A stretch of 64,000 bases of DNA from a bacterium (GCA_020852295.1 JADZBC010000009.1:104628-168627); one strand, 5' to 3'. Shown: positions 40,598 through 50,984, counted from the first letter of the stretch. Notes: generated by a model not told the origin, from the letters alone. A program made the numbers and translations.

Positions 40598-42046
40598 TTG
40601 CGACGGGTCACTTTTTGGCGCAACAATACGTACATGAAGCGATCACAACAGATAGTAGTGGCTGCACTCGGGTTTCTTATGGGTATTGCGCTGGCGCAGT
40701 TCTATCTCTTTAGTATCAATGCGGCGTGGCTTGGTGTGTTTGCCTTTGGATGTGTCGCACTGCTTGTAGTTCGGTCTCGTATTGGGCTGATTATACTTGT
40801 TGGCTTAGGGATCATGGTGGGGGTTGGTCGGTACGAGCTGTTTGTGGCGCGGCAACCCGCTCAGAGCATAGATCGTTTTTACTATGAGAAAGTAGTGGTG
40901 ACCGGCGTGGTGGACGGCGAGCCCAGCTGGGACGATAGACGACAATACATCTTTTACCTAAAAGATCTGAGGATCGATGGTGTAGCTGTGCCGGGGAGTT
41001 TGCGAATACATTCGTTGGTCGGCAGCGCCAGAGAGGGGTATCGTATCGAAACGAAAGGTAAACTCTATCCAAGTCTCGGCAAGGCTGGCGGACAACTCTA
41101 CTATGCACCGACTCTGATCGTTGATGTGCAAGTGCCTTGGTACATCACCCTCAAGCAGTCGTTTTATAGCGGCCTTCAGATTGCGCTCGGTGAAAAATTG
41201 GCAGGATTTATGATGGGGCTTTTGATTGGAGCGCGTAGCCTGATCGGTAAGGATTTGGGTGATGCCCTCAGTACGGTAGGCCTGTCGCATATGGTGGCAG
41301 TGTCGGGTTATAACCTAACCATTATTGTCGCATTGTTATATCGCATCATCGGCAGGAGGTGGCGCTGGGCTGGCTTTGTGGTGGCTAGCTGGTTTTGTGC
41401 GTTCTTCGTCATTATCAGTGGGGCGTCGGCCTCTATCGTGCGCGCGGCCGTGATGCTGTTTGTGCTGCTTCTGTGCCGACACTTTGGTCGACGACTATCA
41501 ATGCCTGCCGCGTTAGGGATCGGGGCAATCGTGACGGTTGGCTTCAACCCTGCTTACTTGCTTGGTGATCTGGGTTGGCAACTATCATTCCTGTCGCTAC
41601 TTGGCATTATTCTTTTTGCTCCGGTCATCCAAGGACTACTCCCAAAGCGATTTGGGATTATTACCGAGATAGTAGCAGTAACGCTGGCTGCTCAGCTAAC
41701 CACCGCTCCGCTCATTGCCTATCACTTTGGGGTACTCTCACTCATTGGTCCGTTGGCTAATGTGCTCATCATGCCAATCGTACCAATCTTGATGCTCGCC
41801 GGCTTTGTCGCCGGCACAGTTGGAGTAGTGTTGCCTGGCGTGGCCTTTGCGCTACTCACACCGATTCGCTTTGTGGGCGAGCAGATCATCGACCTCATCT
41901 ACTACTTGGCATCATTACGCTGGTCGCAGATTGGTGAATCCGCCTTGCCACAGCTCACCATGCTCACTGCATATAGCATACTGTTGGTATTTGCGCTCAT
42001 CGGGGCACGTCGTCGGCGTATCCAATCAGCTTCAAATCTGATCTGA
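40598..42046 (+). CDS. comEC: ComEC/Rec2-family DNA internalisation channel (no C-terminal metallo-beta-lactamase domain)
   Basis: Competence-domain motif GLSHMVAVSGYNLTIIV plus multiple TM segments. Confidence 0.8.
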   Translation: MRRVTFWRNNTYMKRSQQIVVAALGFLMGIALAQFYLFSINAAWLGVFAFGCVALLVVRSRIGLIILVGLGIMVGVGRYELFVARQPAQSIDRFYYEKVVVTGVVDGEPSWDDRRQYIFYLKDLRIDGVAVPGSLRIHSLVGSAREGYRIETKGKLYPSLGKAGGQLYYAPTLIVDVQVPWYITLKQSFYSGLQIALGEKLAGFMMGLLIGARSLIGKDLGDALSTVGLSHMVAVSGYNLTIIVALLYRIIGRRWRWAGFVVASWFCAFFVIISGASASIVRAAVMLFVLLLCRHFGRRLSMPAALGIGAIVTVGFNPAYLLGDLGWQLSFLSLLGIILFAPVIQGLLPKRFGIITEIVAVTLAAQLTTAPLIAYHFGVLSLIGPLANVLIMPIVPILMLAGFVAGTVGVVLPGVAFALLTPIRFVGEQIIDLIYYLASLRWSQIGESALPQLTMLTAYSILLVFALIGARRRRIQSASNLI

Positions 42047-42085
42047 AAAATGATAAAATTGGGCTGAAATTACGGGAGTACAAAC

Positions 42086-42823
42086 ATGTCTGGACACTCA
42101 AAGTGGCACTCAATCAAACATCAAAAAGCCATTACCGATGCGAAGCGTGGCAAGGCGTTTACCAAGGTCGCTTCAGAGATCGCGGTAGCGGCTCGCGATG
42201 GTGCTGATCCCGAGATGAATTATCGTTTGCGACTCGCTATCGCCAAGGCCAAGCAAGTAAATATGCCAGCGGCGAATATCGAGCGAGCAATTGCTCGTGG
42301 CGCTGGCACGGCGGGTGGCGCTGCACTCGAGGAGCTGGTCTATGAGGGTTATGGCTCAAATGGGGTGGCGGTAATGGTCAAGGCCCTGACAGACAATCGC
42401 AATCGAACCGGAGCTGATGTGAAGTCCGCCTTTTCGAAGTATGGTGGCAATCTTGGTTCGCCAGGATCGGTCAGCTATCTGTTTGAAACCAAAGGAATTA
42501 TTTTGTGCAAAGAGGGCGTTGATAAGGATGAGGTCGGTTTGCAGGCCATAGAAGCTGGCGCGGCGGATATTGATGATAGTGGTGAACAGCTAGTGATATA
42601 TACAGCGCCAACCGATCTTGAAAAAGTTCGCGATGCACTCGGGGCCGATGTGGTTGAGTCGGCCGAGATTGAACAGACTGCCACGCAGACGGTAGTAGTC
42701 GATGACGAGAAGAAGGCGAGCAGTCTCATGAAGATGATTGATATGCTTGATGATCTTGATGATGTCGTGAGTGTTAGCGCCAATTTTGATATACCTGAAG
42801 ACATTCTACAGAAGCTTGGTTGA
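42086..42823 (+). CDS. yebC: YebC/PmpR-family transcriptional regulator
   Basis: MSGHSKWHSIKHQKA...KRGK N-terminus diagnostic of YebC. Confidence 0.9.
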   Translation: MSGHSKWHSIKHQKAITDAKRGKAFTKVASEIAVAARDGADPEMNYRLRLAIAKAKQVNMPAANIERAIARGAGTAGGAALEELVYEGYGSNGVAVMVKALTDNRNRTGADVKSAFSKYGGNLGSPGSVSYLFETKGIILCKEGVDKDEVGLQAIEAGAADIDDSGEQLVIYTAPTDLEKVRDALGADVVESAEIEQTATQTVVVDDEKKASSLMKMIDMLDDLDDVVSVSANFDIPEDILQKLG

Positions 42824-42826
42824 TCA

Positions 42827-43309
42827 ATGATTATCTTTGGTATTGATCCCGGCACAGCAACGACTGGCTTTGGCGTTATTGAACTTGCTGCGGATCGTAC
42901 CATCAAGACACTTGATTACGGGATAATTAGCACCCCGAAAGAAGAGCACATGCCAGCCCGTCTTGATATGCTCTATGGTGATTTGCGGCAATTGCTCAAT
43001 CAATACCAGCCAGCAGCCGTCGCGATCGAGCAATTGTTTTTTGCACGCAATGTCACGACTGCCATATCGGTCGGACAAGCGCGCGGAGTCGCGATCTTGG
43101 CCTGTGAGCAGCAGCATATACCGATTGCGGAGTACACACCGTTGCAGGTCAAGCAGGCGGTCACGGGTTTTGGTAAGGCCGAGAAGAAGCAAGTTCAGAA
43201 GATGGTTCAGACGATATTGACGCTCAAGTCGGTACCAAAACCAGATGATGCAGCTGATGCTCTTGCTATCGCCATTGCACACTCCGCCACGCTGAAACTG
43301 AAAAATTGA
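42827..43309 (+). CDS. ruvC: Holliday junction resolvase RuvC
   Basis: IIFGIDPGTATTGFGVIE and the catalytic acidic residues. Confidence 0.9.
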   Translation: MIIFGIDPGTATTGFGVIELAADRTIKTLDYGIISTPKEEHMPARLDMLYGDLRQLLNQYQPAAVAIEQLFFARNVTTAISVGQARGVAILACEQQHIPIAEYTPLQVKQAVTGFGKAEKKQVQKMVQTILTLKSVPKPDDAADALAIAIAHSATLKLKN

Positions 43310-43340
43310 CACCTTTTTTAATAGCGCCTATGCTAATGTC

Positions 43341-43832
43341 ATGGTAGGTCTCTACTTTTTCTTTGTGATGTTGCTCGTCTATGTAGGTATTCCGGCGGGC
43401 ATTGTGTATTTGATTGTGAAACTTACTTCTCACAATAAGCATCAAGGGGAGCCTGGTGTTACCCATACTACCAGCATTACCCGAGATGTGAGTCTGGCCT
43501 TTCTCATGTTGGCTGGGCTCTTTATTGGTATCGTTACCGCCATCAATGTTCCGACCCAGCTTTTCGGCTTTCAGAGCAATGCCGCGATTTTTGTGACCCA
43601 GGTTATCCTAGGGATTGCACTCTTGCTGGGAGGCTTGGCGGCTAGTGGTGTGCTGCGCAATTTTCTTTTGGTCGTAAGTATCCTGACACTTCTGATTGCG
43701 AGCCCATTTGTATTCGATAGCTTCGGATCAGCCGCCGCCCTTGTGGCCCTGTTCTTGGCGATGGTGGTTCTTGTCGTGGTAACGATTCGACTCAGTAGAC
43801 ACGGAAGTATACGAGGTAAAAAGCATGAATAG
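43341..43832 (+). CDS. hypothetical membrane protein
   Basis: Four TM segments. Confidence 0.4.
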   Translation: MVGLYFFFVMLLVYVGIPAGIVYLIVKLTSHNKHQGEPGVTHTTSITRDVSLAFLMLAGLFIGIVTAINVPTQLFGFQSNAAIFVTQVILGIALLLGGLAASGVLRNFLLVVSILTLLIASPFVFDSFGSAAALVALFLAMVVLVVVTIRLSRHGSIRGKKHE

Positions 43833-44442
43833 AGTAGTTAAGGCATTTTTGGCGATCGCGGTTGCAATCATTTATCCAAGCTTTGTGTTCTTGGCGGTCG
43901 TCACTTTTCTACCCGACAAAGCTGCTGATATGCCAAAGGCTCCAGACTATCCAAGGTCGCCAAGCTGTTCACGATACAACTATGATTACAACGGCAACAG
44001 CTCGTCCAAGTCAAATTACTCCAGGGACTGCCAGCAAGAGTGGGCAGATTATGACCGAGCCCAAATTGATTATCGCGAGCAGTCTAATGCCTACAATCGT
44101 GAGATGGCAGCTTACAACAACCTTCGTGATTCTCGCAGCAAACAGCGTGCAGAACTAGCGATTGGCTTCGGTATCTTTGGTTTGGTGCTCATCTACTTCA
44201 TCCGTGACATTACGGCACTGGTCATTGGCTTTACGGTTTCGAGCACGAGCATCCTGGTGGTTGCCACCGCAACCCTTGCTAACATTGGCGAAAAAGTGAA
44301 GGCGCCTCTGGCGAGTGGCTTGTCGCTTCTCAGCTTTATCATCATTGTCTGTATGATTTGGCTCGTTGATCGAGTACTCTATCCGCGTCCCGCTGGTGCC
44401 TCTCAGGCTCCTGCGCAGTCAGACACCAAAAAAACAGACTAG
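43825..44442 (+). CDS. hypothetical membrane protein with Tyr/Asn/Arg-rich extracellular segment
   Basis: ORF with N- and C-terminal TM segments. Confidence 0.4.
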   Translation: MNRVVKAFLAIAVAIIYPSFVFLAVVTFLPDKAADMPKAPDYPRSPSCSRYNYDYNGNSSSKSNYSRDCQQEWADYDRAQIDYREQSNAYNREMAAYNNLRDSRSKQRAELAIGFGIFGLVLIYFIRDITALVIGFTVSSTSILVVATATLANIGEKVKAPLASGLSLLSFIIIVCMIWLVDRVLYPRPAGASQAPAQSDTKKTD

Positions 44443-44466
44443 CGTCCAATCTGTTAGAATAAAACC

Positions 44467-45024
44467 ATGATTGCTTCGCTACACGGCATTGTGCGAGAAA
44501 AGTTCGATACTAGCTATATCCTAGAGGTCGGCGGTATTGGCTACGAGATATTTCCGACCGCCCAAGAGTACTTCACTCTAGAGGCTGGTCAAACGGTCAC
44601 AGTTTATATTGCCGAAAGTATCAAAGAGGACAGCTATACACTTTTTGGTTTTTCGCAATTGCCCGCTCGCCAAGCTTATTTTCGACTAACATCGGTCAGC
44701 GGGGTTGGTCCGAAAGCAGCTATGTCTATTCTTTCAAAACACAGCGTAGAGGAAGTTGATACTGCGATTGCACAGGGCAACATCACGCTTTTTAGTGACG
44801 TCTCGGGCATCGGTAAAAAAACTGCTCAGCGCATTATCCTCGAGCTGAAGGGCAAGCTCGTGTCGGCGCCTAACAAGAAAGACCTGAGTGCCGATCCCGC
44901 CTATCAAGCACTGCTGAGCCTTGGCTTCTCGGCCGCTCAAGCAGGCACTGTGATAAAAGATCTGCCCGCAGAGCTAGGGCTTGATGAAAAGGTTCGGCGC
45001 GCTCTTAAGGAAATCGGTCGATGA
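44467..45024 (+). CDS. ruvA: Holliday junction branch migration protein RuvA
   Basis: MIASLHGIV... OB-fold N-terminus and HhH motifs ([17 protein letters not shown]). Confidence 0.85.
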   Translation: MIASLHGIVREKFDTSYILEVGGIGYEIFPTAQEYFTLEAGQTVTVYIAESIKEDSYTLFGFSQLPARQAYFRLTSVSGVGPKAAMSILSKHSVEEVDTAIAQGNITLFSDVSGIGKKTAQRIILELKGKLVSAPNKKDLSADPAYQALLSLGFSAAQAGTVIKDLPAELGLDEKVRRALKEIGR

Positions 45025-46067
45025 TTGAGCGACCACAAGACCAGGCTGAAGAAGAGGTGGTGGTGCCGTCGGTCGAAAAAGACGAGCAGCGCTTCGAGGA
45101 TACTTTACGACCGCGACGATTTGATGACTACATTGGTCAGGAAGAGATCAAAACGAATTTACTCCTTGCGATACAGGCAGCTCAAAAGCGACTTGAAAGC
45201 CTGGATCATGTTTTGCTCTATGGCCCACCAGGGCTCGGTAAGACCACATTGGCAGGAGTTATTGGCAACGAGATGAGTTCAAATGTGAAGATAACGAGCG
45301 GCCCTGCAGTTGAGCGTGCGGGTGATTTGGCATCGATGCTGACAAATCTACAAGACGGCGACATACTTTTTATCGACGAGGTTCATCGTTTGCCACGGAC
45401 TGTCGAAGAAATTCTTTATCCGGCCATGGAGGATTATGTGATCGATATTATGCTTGGGAAGGGTCCAACTGCTCAAAGCCTCCGCTTGGATCTGCCGCGC
45501 TTTACTATTATCGCGGCGACCACGCGGTTTGGTGCACTGTCGAGTCCGTTTCGCGATCGCTTCGGGCACATCCATCGACTTGACTACTACAACGAGCCTG
45601 AGATCGAGAAGATCATCAACCGGTCGGCTAGGCTCATGGGTCTTACGATCGACAAATCGGCTGCCGCCGAGTTGGCACACCGCGCTCGCCTGACTCCACG
45701 TATCGCTAATCGATTACTCAAACGCGTACGCGACTATGCACAGGTGCATGCTGACGGCATCGTTACGAAAGACTTAGTACACAAGGCACTTGATCTACTG
45801 CAAGTAGACTCACTTGGGCTAGATCCAAACGATCGTCGGGTGCTCATGGCAATCATTGAAAATTTCTCTGGCGGCCCGGCGGGTGTCGATGCTATTGCTG
45901 CGGCCACAAGCGAGGAGCGACAGACCATCGAGGACGTGTACGAGCCCTATCTCATCCAACTTGGCTTGCTCGAGCGAACGACGCGCGGCCGTAAAGTGAC
46001 GCCAAAAGCCTACCTACATCTTGGCGTTGAGCCGCCAGCTGACAATGCGAGCTTAAAACTGGTATAA
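45021..46067 (+). CDS. ruvB: Holliday junction helicase RuvB
   Basis: [12 protein letters not shown], Walker [10 protein letters not shown] and DEVHRL. Confidence 0.95.
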   Translation: MIERPQDQAEEEVVVPSVEKDEQRFEDTLRPRRFDDYIGQEEIKTNLLLAIQAAQKRLESLDHVLLYGPPGLGKTTLAGVIGNEMSSNVKITSGPAVERAGDLASMLTNLQDGDILFIDEVHRLPRTVEEILYPAMEDYVIDIMLGKGPTAQSLRLDLPRFTIIAATTRFGALSSPFRDRFGHIHRLDYYNEPEIEKIINRSARLMGLTIDKSAAAELAHRARLTPRIANRLLKRVRDYAQVHADGIVTKDLVHKALDLLQVDSLGLDPNDRRVLMAIIENFSGGPAGVDAIAAATSEERQTIEDVYEPYLIQLGLLERTTRGRKVTPKAYLHLGVEPPADNASLKLV

Positions 46068-46090
46068 TACGCCCAGTTAACAGATGGGAG

Positions 46091-46687
46091 GTGGTAGTGG
46101 AAAATATTGATCGCTATCCTGGCCAACCAAAAGATGAAATCACGCAGCACGTATTCTTCAAGAGTGTGTTTGCTATTACGCCTTTTCTTTTCGCTAGTCT
46201 TATCTTGGGGCTCGTGAGTCTCTATGGTATATACTACGGTGCACGCTATCAGCCAAAAGTGTCCCAGCAGGTTGCGGGCTTGCCGCTGAATGTTGCGTTT
46301 TTAAGCTTGATCATGCTCATCGTAACGGTGCTTCTGACATGGGGTGTGGTTTGGGTGTGGCGTCGCAACCGAATTGTCGTGACCAATGAGCACATTGTGG
46401 ATATTGATCAGCGGGGGATTTTTAATAAAAAAGTTTCGACACTTTCGTTGGTAAAGATTCAGGACGTGACGGCAAAGGTTAGGGGGCCATGGCAGACACT
46501 CTTTCAATATGGCACGGTTATCATCCAGACTGCTGGTGAAAAAGAGAACTTTTCTATGGATTATATTTCCTACCCGTATCAGACTGAACAGTATATCCTG
46601 GAAGTTCATCGTCAGTTTGTTCACAAAGTAAACCAAAAGCACCTCGAGCACGAGGAAGGTCACGCTCCGTCAGCGGACGATCTTTAG
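46091..46687 (+). CDS. hypothetical membrane protein (2 TM + cytoplasmic domain)
   Basis: Long ORF. Possibly a bacterial PH-domain protein; not certain. Confidence 0.4.
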   Translation: MVVENIDRYPGQPKDEITQHVFFKSVFAITPFLFASLILGLVSLYGIYYGARYQPKVSQQVAGLPLNVAFLSLIMLIVTVLLTWGVVWVWRRNRIVVTNEHIVDIDQRGIFNKKVSTLSLVKIQDVTAKVRGPWQTLFQYGTVIIQTAGEKENFSMDYISYPYQTEQYILEVHRQFVHKVNQKHLEHEEGHAPSADDL

Positions 46688-46692
46688 CCTCG

Positions 46693-47121
46693 CTACTTCT
46701 CGACTTTGACTTCGTATAGGCCGCCAGAGTCTGGCTTGGCTTGTTTGTCGTGAATATTCTCTAGCTGAGCATCAAGAACAAAGCCGGTTGCAGGATTGCC
46801 AATTGGTGTGTAGCGATAAGGGTTTTTGGTGCGTGGATCAGTCGGCAATGTCCGCAGATAGGGGGTTGCTCCCTTAGTCAGCTCATCAAGATTTTGTGGG
46901 AAATTGCCATTTTCTGCATAAAAACTCTCGAGTGCTCCTCGCAGGGTGTTTGACAGAGCAGCTTTACGCTGGGAGTCACGGGCACTAGCCGGCCCCGCAA
47001 TAATGTTTGGAATAATTAGCCCTGCCAAGATGACAGTAAAAAGACCGACAAAGACGATTTCAATCAGGGTGAAGCCTTTTTGCTGAGGAGTTGGTTTAAC
47101 AAGTGTAAATTTCATACGCAT
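46693..47121 (-). CDS. type IV pilin (prepilin with class III leader)
   Basis: KG|FTLIEIVFV cleavage and N-methylation motif followed by a hydrophobic helix. Confidence 0.75.
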   Translation of the reverse strand: MRMKFTLVKPTPQQKGFTLIEIVFVGLFTVILAGLIIPNIIAGPASARDSQRKAALSNTLRGALESFYAENGNFPQNLDELTKGATPYLRTLPTDPRTKNPYRYTPIGNPATGFVLDAQLENIHDKQAKPDSGGLYEVKVEK

Positions 47122-47145
47122 AGTGATTGTATAGCCGCCCTATTT

Positions 47146-48822
47146 TTAGGTCAATATTCCAACGCCCTGGCTGAGCAGCGACAAAATCCGACTAACCTCT
47201 TCGACGCTGGTGTCACCAAGTAGTATTTTTTTAATCGCAGCCATACGCAGACTGGTCATTCCACTGCTCTCCTCGGCATGCTGAATCTTCAAACTGTCAC
47301 CACCCCCAAGGATTGCCTCGCCGATTTTCTCGTTCATCTGCATGACTTCAAAAATTGCGCTGACTCCTATGTAGCCAGTGTTTTGGCAGTGTTCGCAGCC
47401 TGTAGCTCGATATAATTTGAGGTGGTTGATGATGTAGTTGATCGGCGGAATTTTCACGACTGGCTCGCCAGGCTGAGAGACTACTACTTGCGGTGTCGGT
47501 GTTTGGCTCAGCTGCTCTTCGGGTAACGGTTGCGGCTCTGGTGCCGGTGGTGCAGTTGGTTCATTGATGCTGCGGTTGAGTACAGCTGGATCCTCGCTGA
47601 TACGCTCGAGTATCGAGTGTCCTACGAGTGAGGACGCAGGTGGCGCAGGTATAACCAAACGGTCGAGGGCATGTGCGCGATTTGGATCAGTCGGCTGGGC
47701 GGACGGGTAGCTTTGTGGTGGCGGTTCATCTGCTGGTGCGGGTGCGGGAGCTTGTTGGGCAACTGGTTGCGGTGCCGGCGGTGGAGTTTGTTCGGGGTTC
47801 GCCGGCTCGTATGTCTTGAAGGCATCTATCTGTGGTGAGTTTTTGACGGCAGTATCAAGGTCAAAGTTTTGTCGTAAGAAGCCGATTTCTTCAGCATTGG
47901 GTGTGTATGGTTGTTTGCAAAATGGACAAAGTAGGCGCAACAATCGCTGGTTCACGACGACTAGTAAGTTGGAAGCTATCTGAAAGGGCTGAGCCTTGAA
48001 GCCGCGCATAAAACCAACTGTCTCTCCGATCGACGAAGTGAACATGCCAGCTAAGATCTGATGATCGGATGTGGTAGCATCAAGGGCTGTCGTGACGGTG
48101 GTACCATCAGTGATTTGGCTGAGCATGATAGTCTGCTTGCCTTGCGCGACAAGCACTTTGAGGCCTTCACCTATGCTGCTACCCTTATCGACATTGACCT
48201 TGTTTTGGCTAACACCAATAAGCTTTGATTTTACATCGAGCTCAAGCGTGGTGACGGGGGTCTGCTTCGTATCAATTGTCGAAATGATGCTATACAGGGT
48301 CGTGGTCTTACCGGACTTCGGTGGTCCAATCACTACAAGGAGTCCACGTCCTCGTGACAGAAAATCACTAACAATATCTTGCTCCTGTTGGCTCATACCA
48401 AGTCGCGCCAAAGGAGAATTGATTTGTCCCTCGGTCTGCAGTTGGAGCAATATACTATCGCCGTTGACAGTTGGCATTACCGAGACATTGACACCGATCT
48501 TCTTATCTCCAACCACGAGTTCAAAGTGGCCCTCGACCTGTTGATTGCTCAGGATGCTGATCCCGGCATATTGTCGGGTAGCGCGATCAATCGTGGTGAA
48601 CTGGCTGCTCGAGAGTACGCCCATATCACGTAGCTCGAGTCCGATGCGAAAGCGCAGCATGACTTCGCCAGCGCTCGGGGTAAAGTGAACATCGCTCGCG
48701 CCAAGCACGACTGCTTGCTGCAAAATTGCTGGCAGGGAAGTGATAGCAATACGAGAGTTGGCGGTGGTACTGAGCGGGGATGGTGCAGCACTATTTCCAG
48801 ATGGGCTTTGTGCCTGATTCAT
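47146..48822 (-). CDS. pilB: type IV pilus assembly ATPase PilB/GspE family with about 150-aa Pro-rich insertion
   Basis: Walker A GPPKSGKTT. Asp/His boxes. Tetracysteine motif (CPFC...CEHC) split by a PAPQP-rich low-complexity segment. Confidence 0.85.
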   Translation of the reverse strand: MNQAQSPSGNSAAPSPLSTTANSRIAITSLPAILQQAVVLGASDVHFTPSAGEVMLRFRIGLELRDMGVLSSSQFTTIDRATRQYAGISILSNQQVEGHFELVVGDKKIGVNVSVMPTVNGDSILLQLQTEGQINSPLARLGMSQQEQDIVSDFLSRGRGLLVVIGPPKSGKTTTLYSIISTIDTKQTPVTTLELDVKSKLIGVSQNKVNVDKGSSIGEGLKVLVAQGKQTIMLSQITDGTTVTTALDATTSDHQILAGMFTSSIGETVGFMRGFKAQPFQIASNLLVVVNQRLLRLLCPFCKQPYTPNAEEIGFLRQNFDLDTAVKNSPQIDAFKTYEPANPEQTPPPAPQPVAQQAPAPAPADEPPPQSYPSAQPTDPNRAHALDRLVIPAPPASSLVGHSILERISEDPAVLNRSINEPTAPPAPEPQPLPEEQLSQTPTPQVVVSQPGEPVVKIPPINYIINHLKLYRATGCEHCQNTGYIGVSAIFEVMQMNEKIGEAILGGGDSLKIQHAEESSGMTSLRMAAIKKILLGDTSVEEVSRILSLLSQGVGILT

Positions 48823-48884
48823 AGCTTCAATTATACCATAAGCACATTTATACGACTTGAAGAACTTACGCTTTACTTTCGGTA

Positions 48885-50207
48885 ATGAGTGGTATTAATA
48901 TTTTGTTTATGAACAAGGGGGTTCAACTACTCATCATCTTCATTGTGGCACTAGTTGCTACAGTCATTGCACCAGTTGCTGCATGGGCCAATGATGCGCC
49001 ACGGCTACTCATTACAGAGATATCGCCAGGCAGTAAGGATAGCGCAACCGACGAATTTGTAGAAATCTACAATCCATCCAGTGTGACAATTGATTTGTCA
49101 GCGGATAAGATTCAATACAAGTCAGCTTCTGGCAAAACCTGGACTACCAAAGCCAAGATTGACGATGGCACCGAACTGGCGCCAGGTCAGTACATGGTGC
49201 TTTCTACTAAAGATAATTTTACTGCGCATTTACAGAGTGGAATGGCCCAAGCAGCTGGAAATATTCGTCTGGTTGATGCGGAGGATACGGTGCTCGATCA
49301 GGTCGGCTGGGGTACGGCTGATGCGGCGCTTGTAGCGCCAGCAGAGCCTGTCGTAGTGGGACAAACAATATCTCGTAAATTGATCGACAGTAAATATGCT
49401 CAGAGTCAGAATAACCTTGGTGATTTTGTGGCTGGCGAGCCAACGCCGGGGAATCCAACCAAGGTTGCTGCTCAATCTGAGCTTGCGTCTGTGGCAAGCG
49501 ATTTCTCGCTTGATATCATCATCAATGAGCTGTTACCCGATCCAACCAGTCCTCTGACAGACAGCGAAGATGAATTTATTGAGCTCTTTAACGATGGCTC
49601 AGGGGCGCAGGACCTGACCGGCTATAGTCTGATGGATGCGTCGGGGCATAGCTTTAAGCTTGATGGCCGCACTATTGGCGCGGCTGGCTATTTGGTAATT
49701 CGCTCGGCGGAGTCAAAAATCAGCCTCAATAACGATGGCGATACGGTGAAGCTTCTTGCGCCAAACGGTGAGACTATAGATATAACTGAAGATTACGGCA
49801 AAGCAAAGTCAAATCTGAGCTGGGGCCGTACAGGAGATGGTTGGTCTTGGACAAATGCACCAACGCCTGGTTCGGCTAATGCTTCTGTGCTGATTGAGCA
49901 AGCTGATTCGGCAAATGCAGCAAAAACTACCACTAGCAAGAAGTTGGCGACCAAGAAGACAACTGCGAGAACCAATACAGCGCGCGCAAAAGCCGCAGCA
50001 AAGCCGGCCAATACTTCACAAATAGGAACGGTCAGCAATGAGCAGGGCCCCAATGTACCTGCCTCCAATTGGTCGTGGTTGCTGATTACTCTGGGAGTCG
50101 CTACCATAGGGTATGGAATATATGAATACAGACCAGAAATTACAATTTTCTTCCACAAGCTCCGAGCAAAGCTTGGCCTGGGGCAAAAAGCTCGGCCAAA
50201 ATCTTAA
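48885..50207 (+). CDS. lamin-tail-domain (LTD) protein, two LTD repeats, C-terminal TM
   Basis: LLITEISPGS...EFVEIYNP and IIINELLPDP...EFIELFNDG are LTD signatures. Basic Ala/Lys-rich linker. C-terminal TM helix. Confidence 0.7.
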   Translation: MSGINILFMNKGVQLLIIFIVALVATVIAPVAAWANDAPRLLITEISPGSKDSATDEFVEIYNPSSVTIDLSADKIQYKSASGKTWTTKAKIDDGTELAPGQYMVLSTKDNFTAHLQSGMAQAAGNIRLVDAEDTVLDQVGWGTADAALVAPAEPVVVGQTISRKLIDSKYAQSQNNLGDFVAGEPTPGNPTKVAAQSELASVASDFSLDIIINELLPDPTSPLTDSEDEFIELFNDGSGAQDLTGYSLMDASGHSFKLDGRTIGAAGYLVIRSAESKISLNNDGDTVKLLAPNGETIDITEDYGKAKSNLSWGRTGDGWSWTNAPTPGSANASVLIEQADSANAAKTTTSKKLATKKTTARTNTARAKAAAKPANTSQIGTVSNEQGPNVPASNWSWLLITLGVATIGYGIYEYRPEITIFFHKLRAKLGLGQKARPKS

Positions 50208-50595
50208 GCTCGGCCAGCTCATTGAGTTTGTCGGTGATCTTGGTGGTGGCAAGACCACGATCATCAAGGGCATTGCGCAAGGTTTAGGTATCGAAAAAAC
50301 CGTGACCAGCCCGACGTTCAATGTGATGCGTAGCTATGAGCTTAAATCCGGCGGTAGTTTAGGCCATTATGATCTGTATCGGATTGGCGATGATGATGTC
50401 GTTGCGCGTGAGCTGCGCGAACTTGTAGAAGCCGGGCAGTCGATTGTGGTAGTTGAGTGGTCGCGACCGTTTGTCGAGAGCATCAAGTCAGACTATTTGC
50501 GCATTGGCATTGAGGTGAAGCCGGATGATGAGCGGATCGTCACTCTTACCGCTCATGGCCCGCAGAGTTTTCGGGTGCTGGAGGCTATACGATGA
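50125..50595 (+). CDS. tsaE: tRNA threonylcarbamoyladenosine biosynthesis protein TsaE
   Basis: P-loop GDLGGGKTT. The start lies inside the 3' end of the LTD gene (different frame); exact start uncertain. Confidence 0.75.
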   Translation, partial: NTDQKLQFSSTSSEQSLAWGKKLGQNLKLGQLIEFVGDLGGGKTTIIKGIAQGLGIEKTVTSPTFNVMRSYELKSGGSLGHYDLYRIGDDDVVARELRELVEAGQSIVVVEWSRPFVESIKSDYLRIGIEVKPDDERIVTLTAHGPQSFRVLEAIR

Positions 50596-50984
50596 TACTC
50601 GCCATTCGCACTGACAAGCCAATTGCGGAGCTGCATCTGGTGGACATGGATGGCAGGACAGTGCATACACATGAGTGGCAGGCAGATAGGCAACTGGCCG
50701 ACACGCTTCTCAAGACAATGCTCGATTTTCTCAAGCGTCATGATGTCTCACCAGAGCAGCTGGATGGCATCGCCGTCTTTACCGGCAAAGGCTCATTTAC
50801 CGGATTGCGAATTGGCACAACGGTTGCAAACGCATTCGCCTATAGCTTGAACAAAAAAGTTGTCGCGGTTCAGGGCGAAGACTGGCTATCGCACTGTGCA
50901 AAAAAAATACAGACAGCGACGATCGGCGAGTATGCTATGCCAAAATATGACGGCGAGCCGAACATCACTAAGCCAAAGGCCTGA
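50592..50984 (+). CDS. tsaB: TsaB (YeaZ)-like N-terminal domain protein
   Basis: MILAIRTD...GKGSFTGLRIGTTVANAFAYSL is typical of TsaB. Only 130 aa. Confidence 0.65.
   Translation: MILAIRTDKPIAELHLVDMDGRTVHTHEWQADRQLADTLLKTMLDFLKRHDVSPEQLDGIAVFTGKGSFTGLRIGTTVANAFAYSLNKKVVAVQGEDWLSHCAKKIQTATIGEYAMPKYDGEPNITKPKA

Noticed and set aside
48071-48544. 157-aa plus-strand ORF inside pilB and other long same-region ORFs (e.g. 47622..47825)
   Set aside because: Embedded in or antisense to the well-supported PilB gene, with Cys/Ser-rich nonsense composition.
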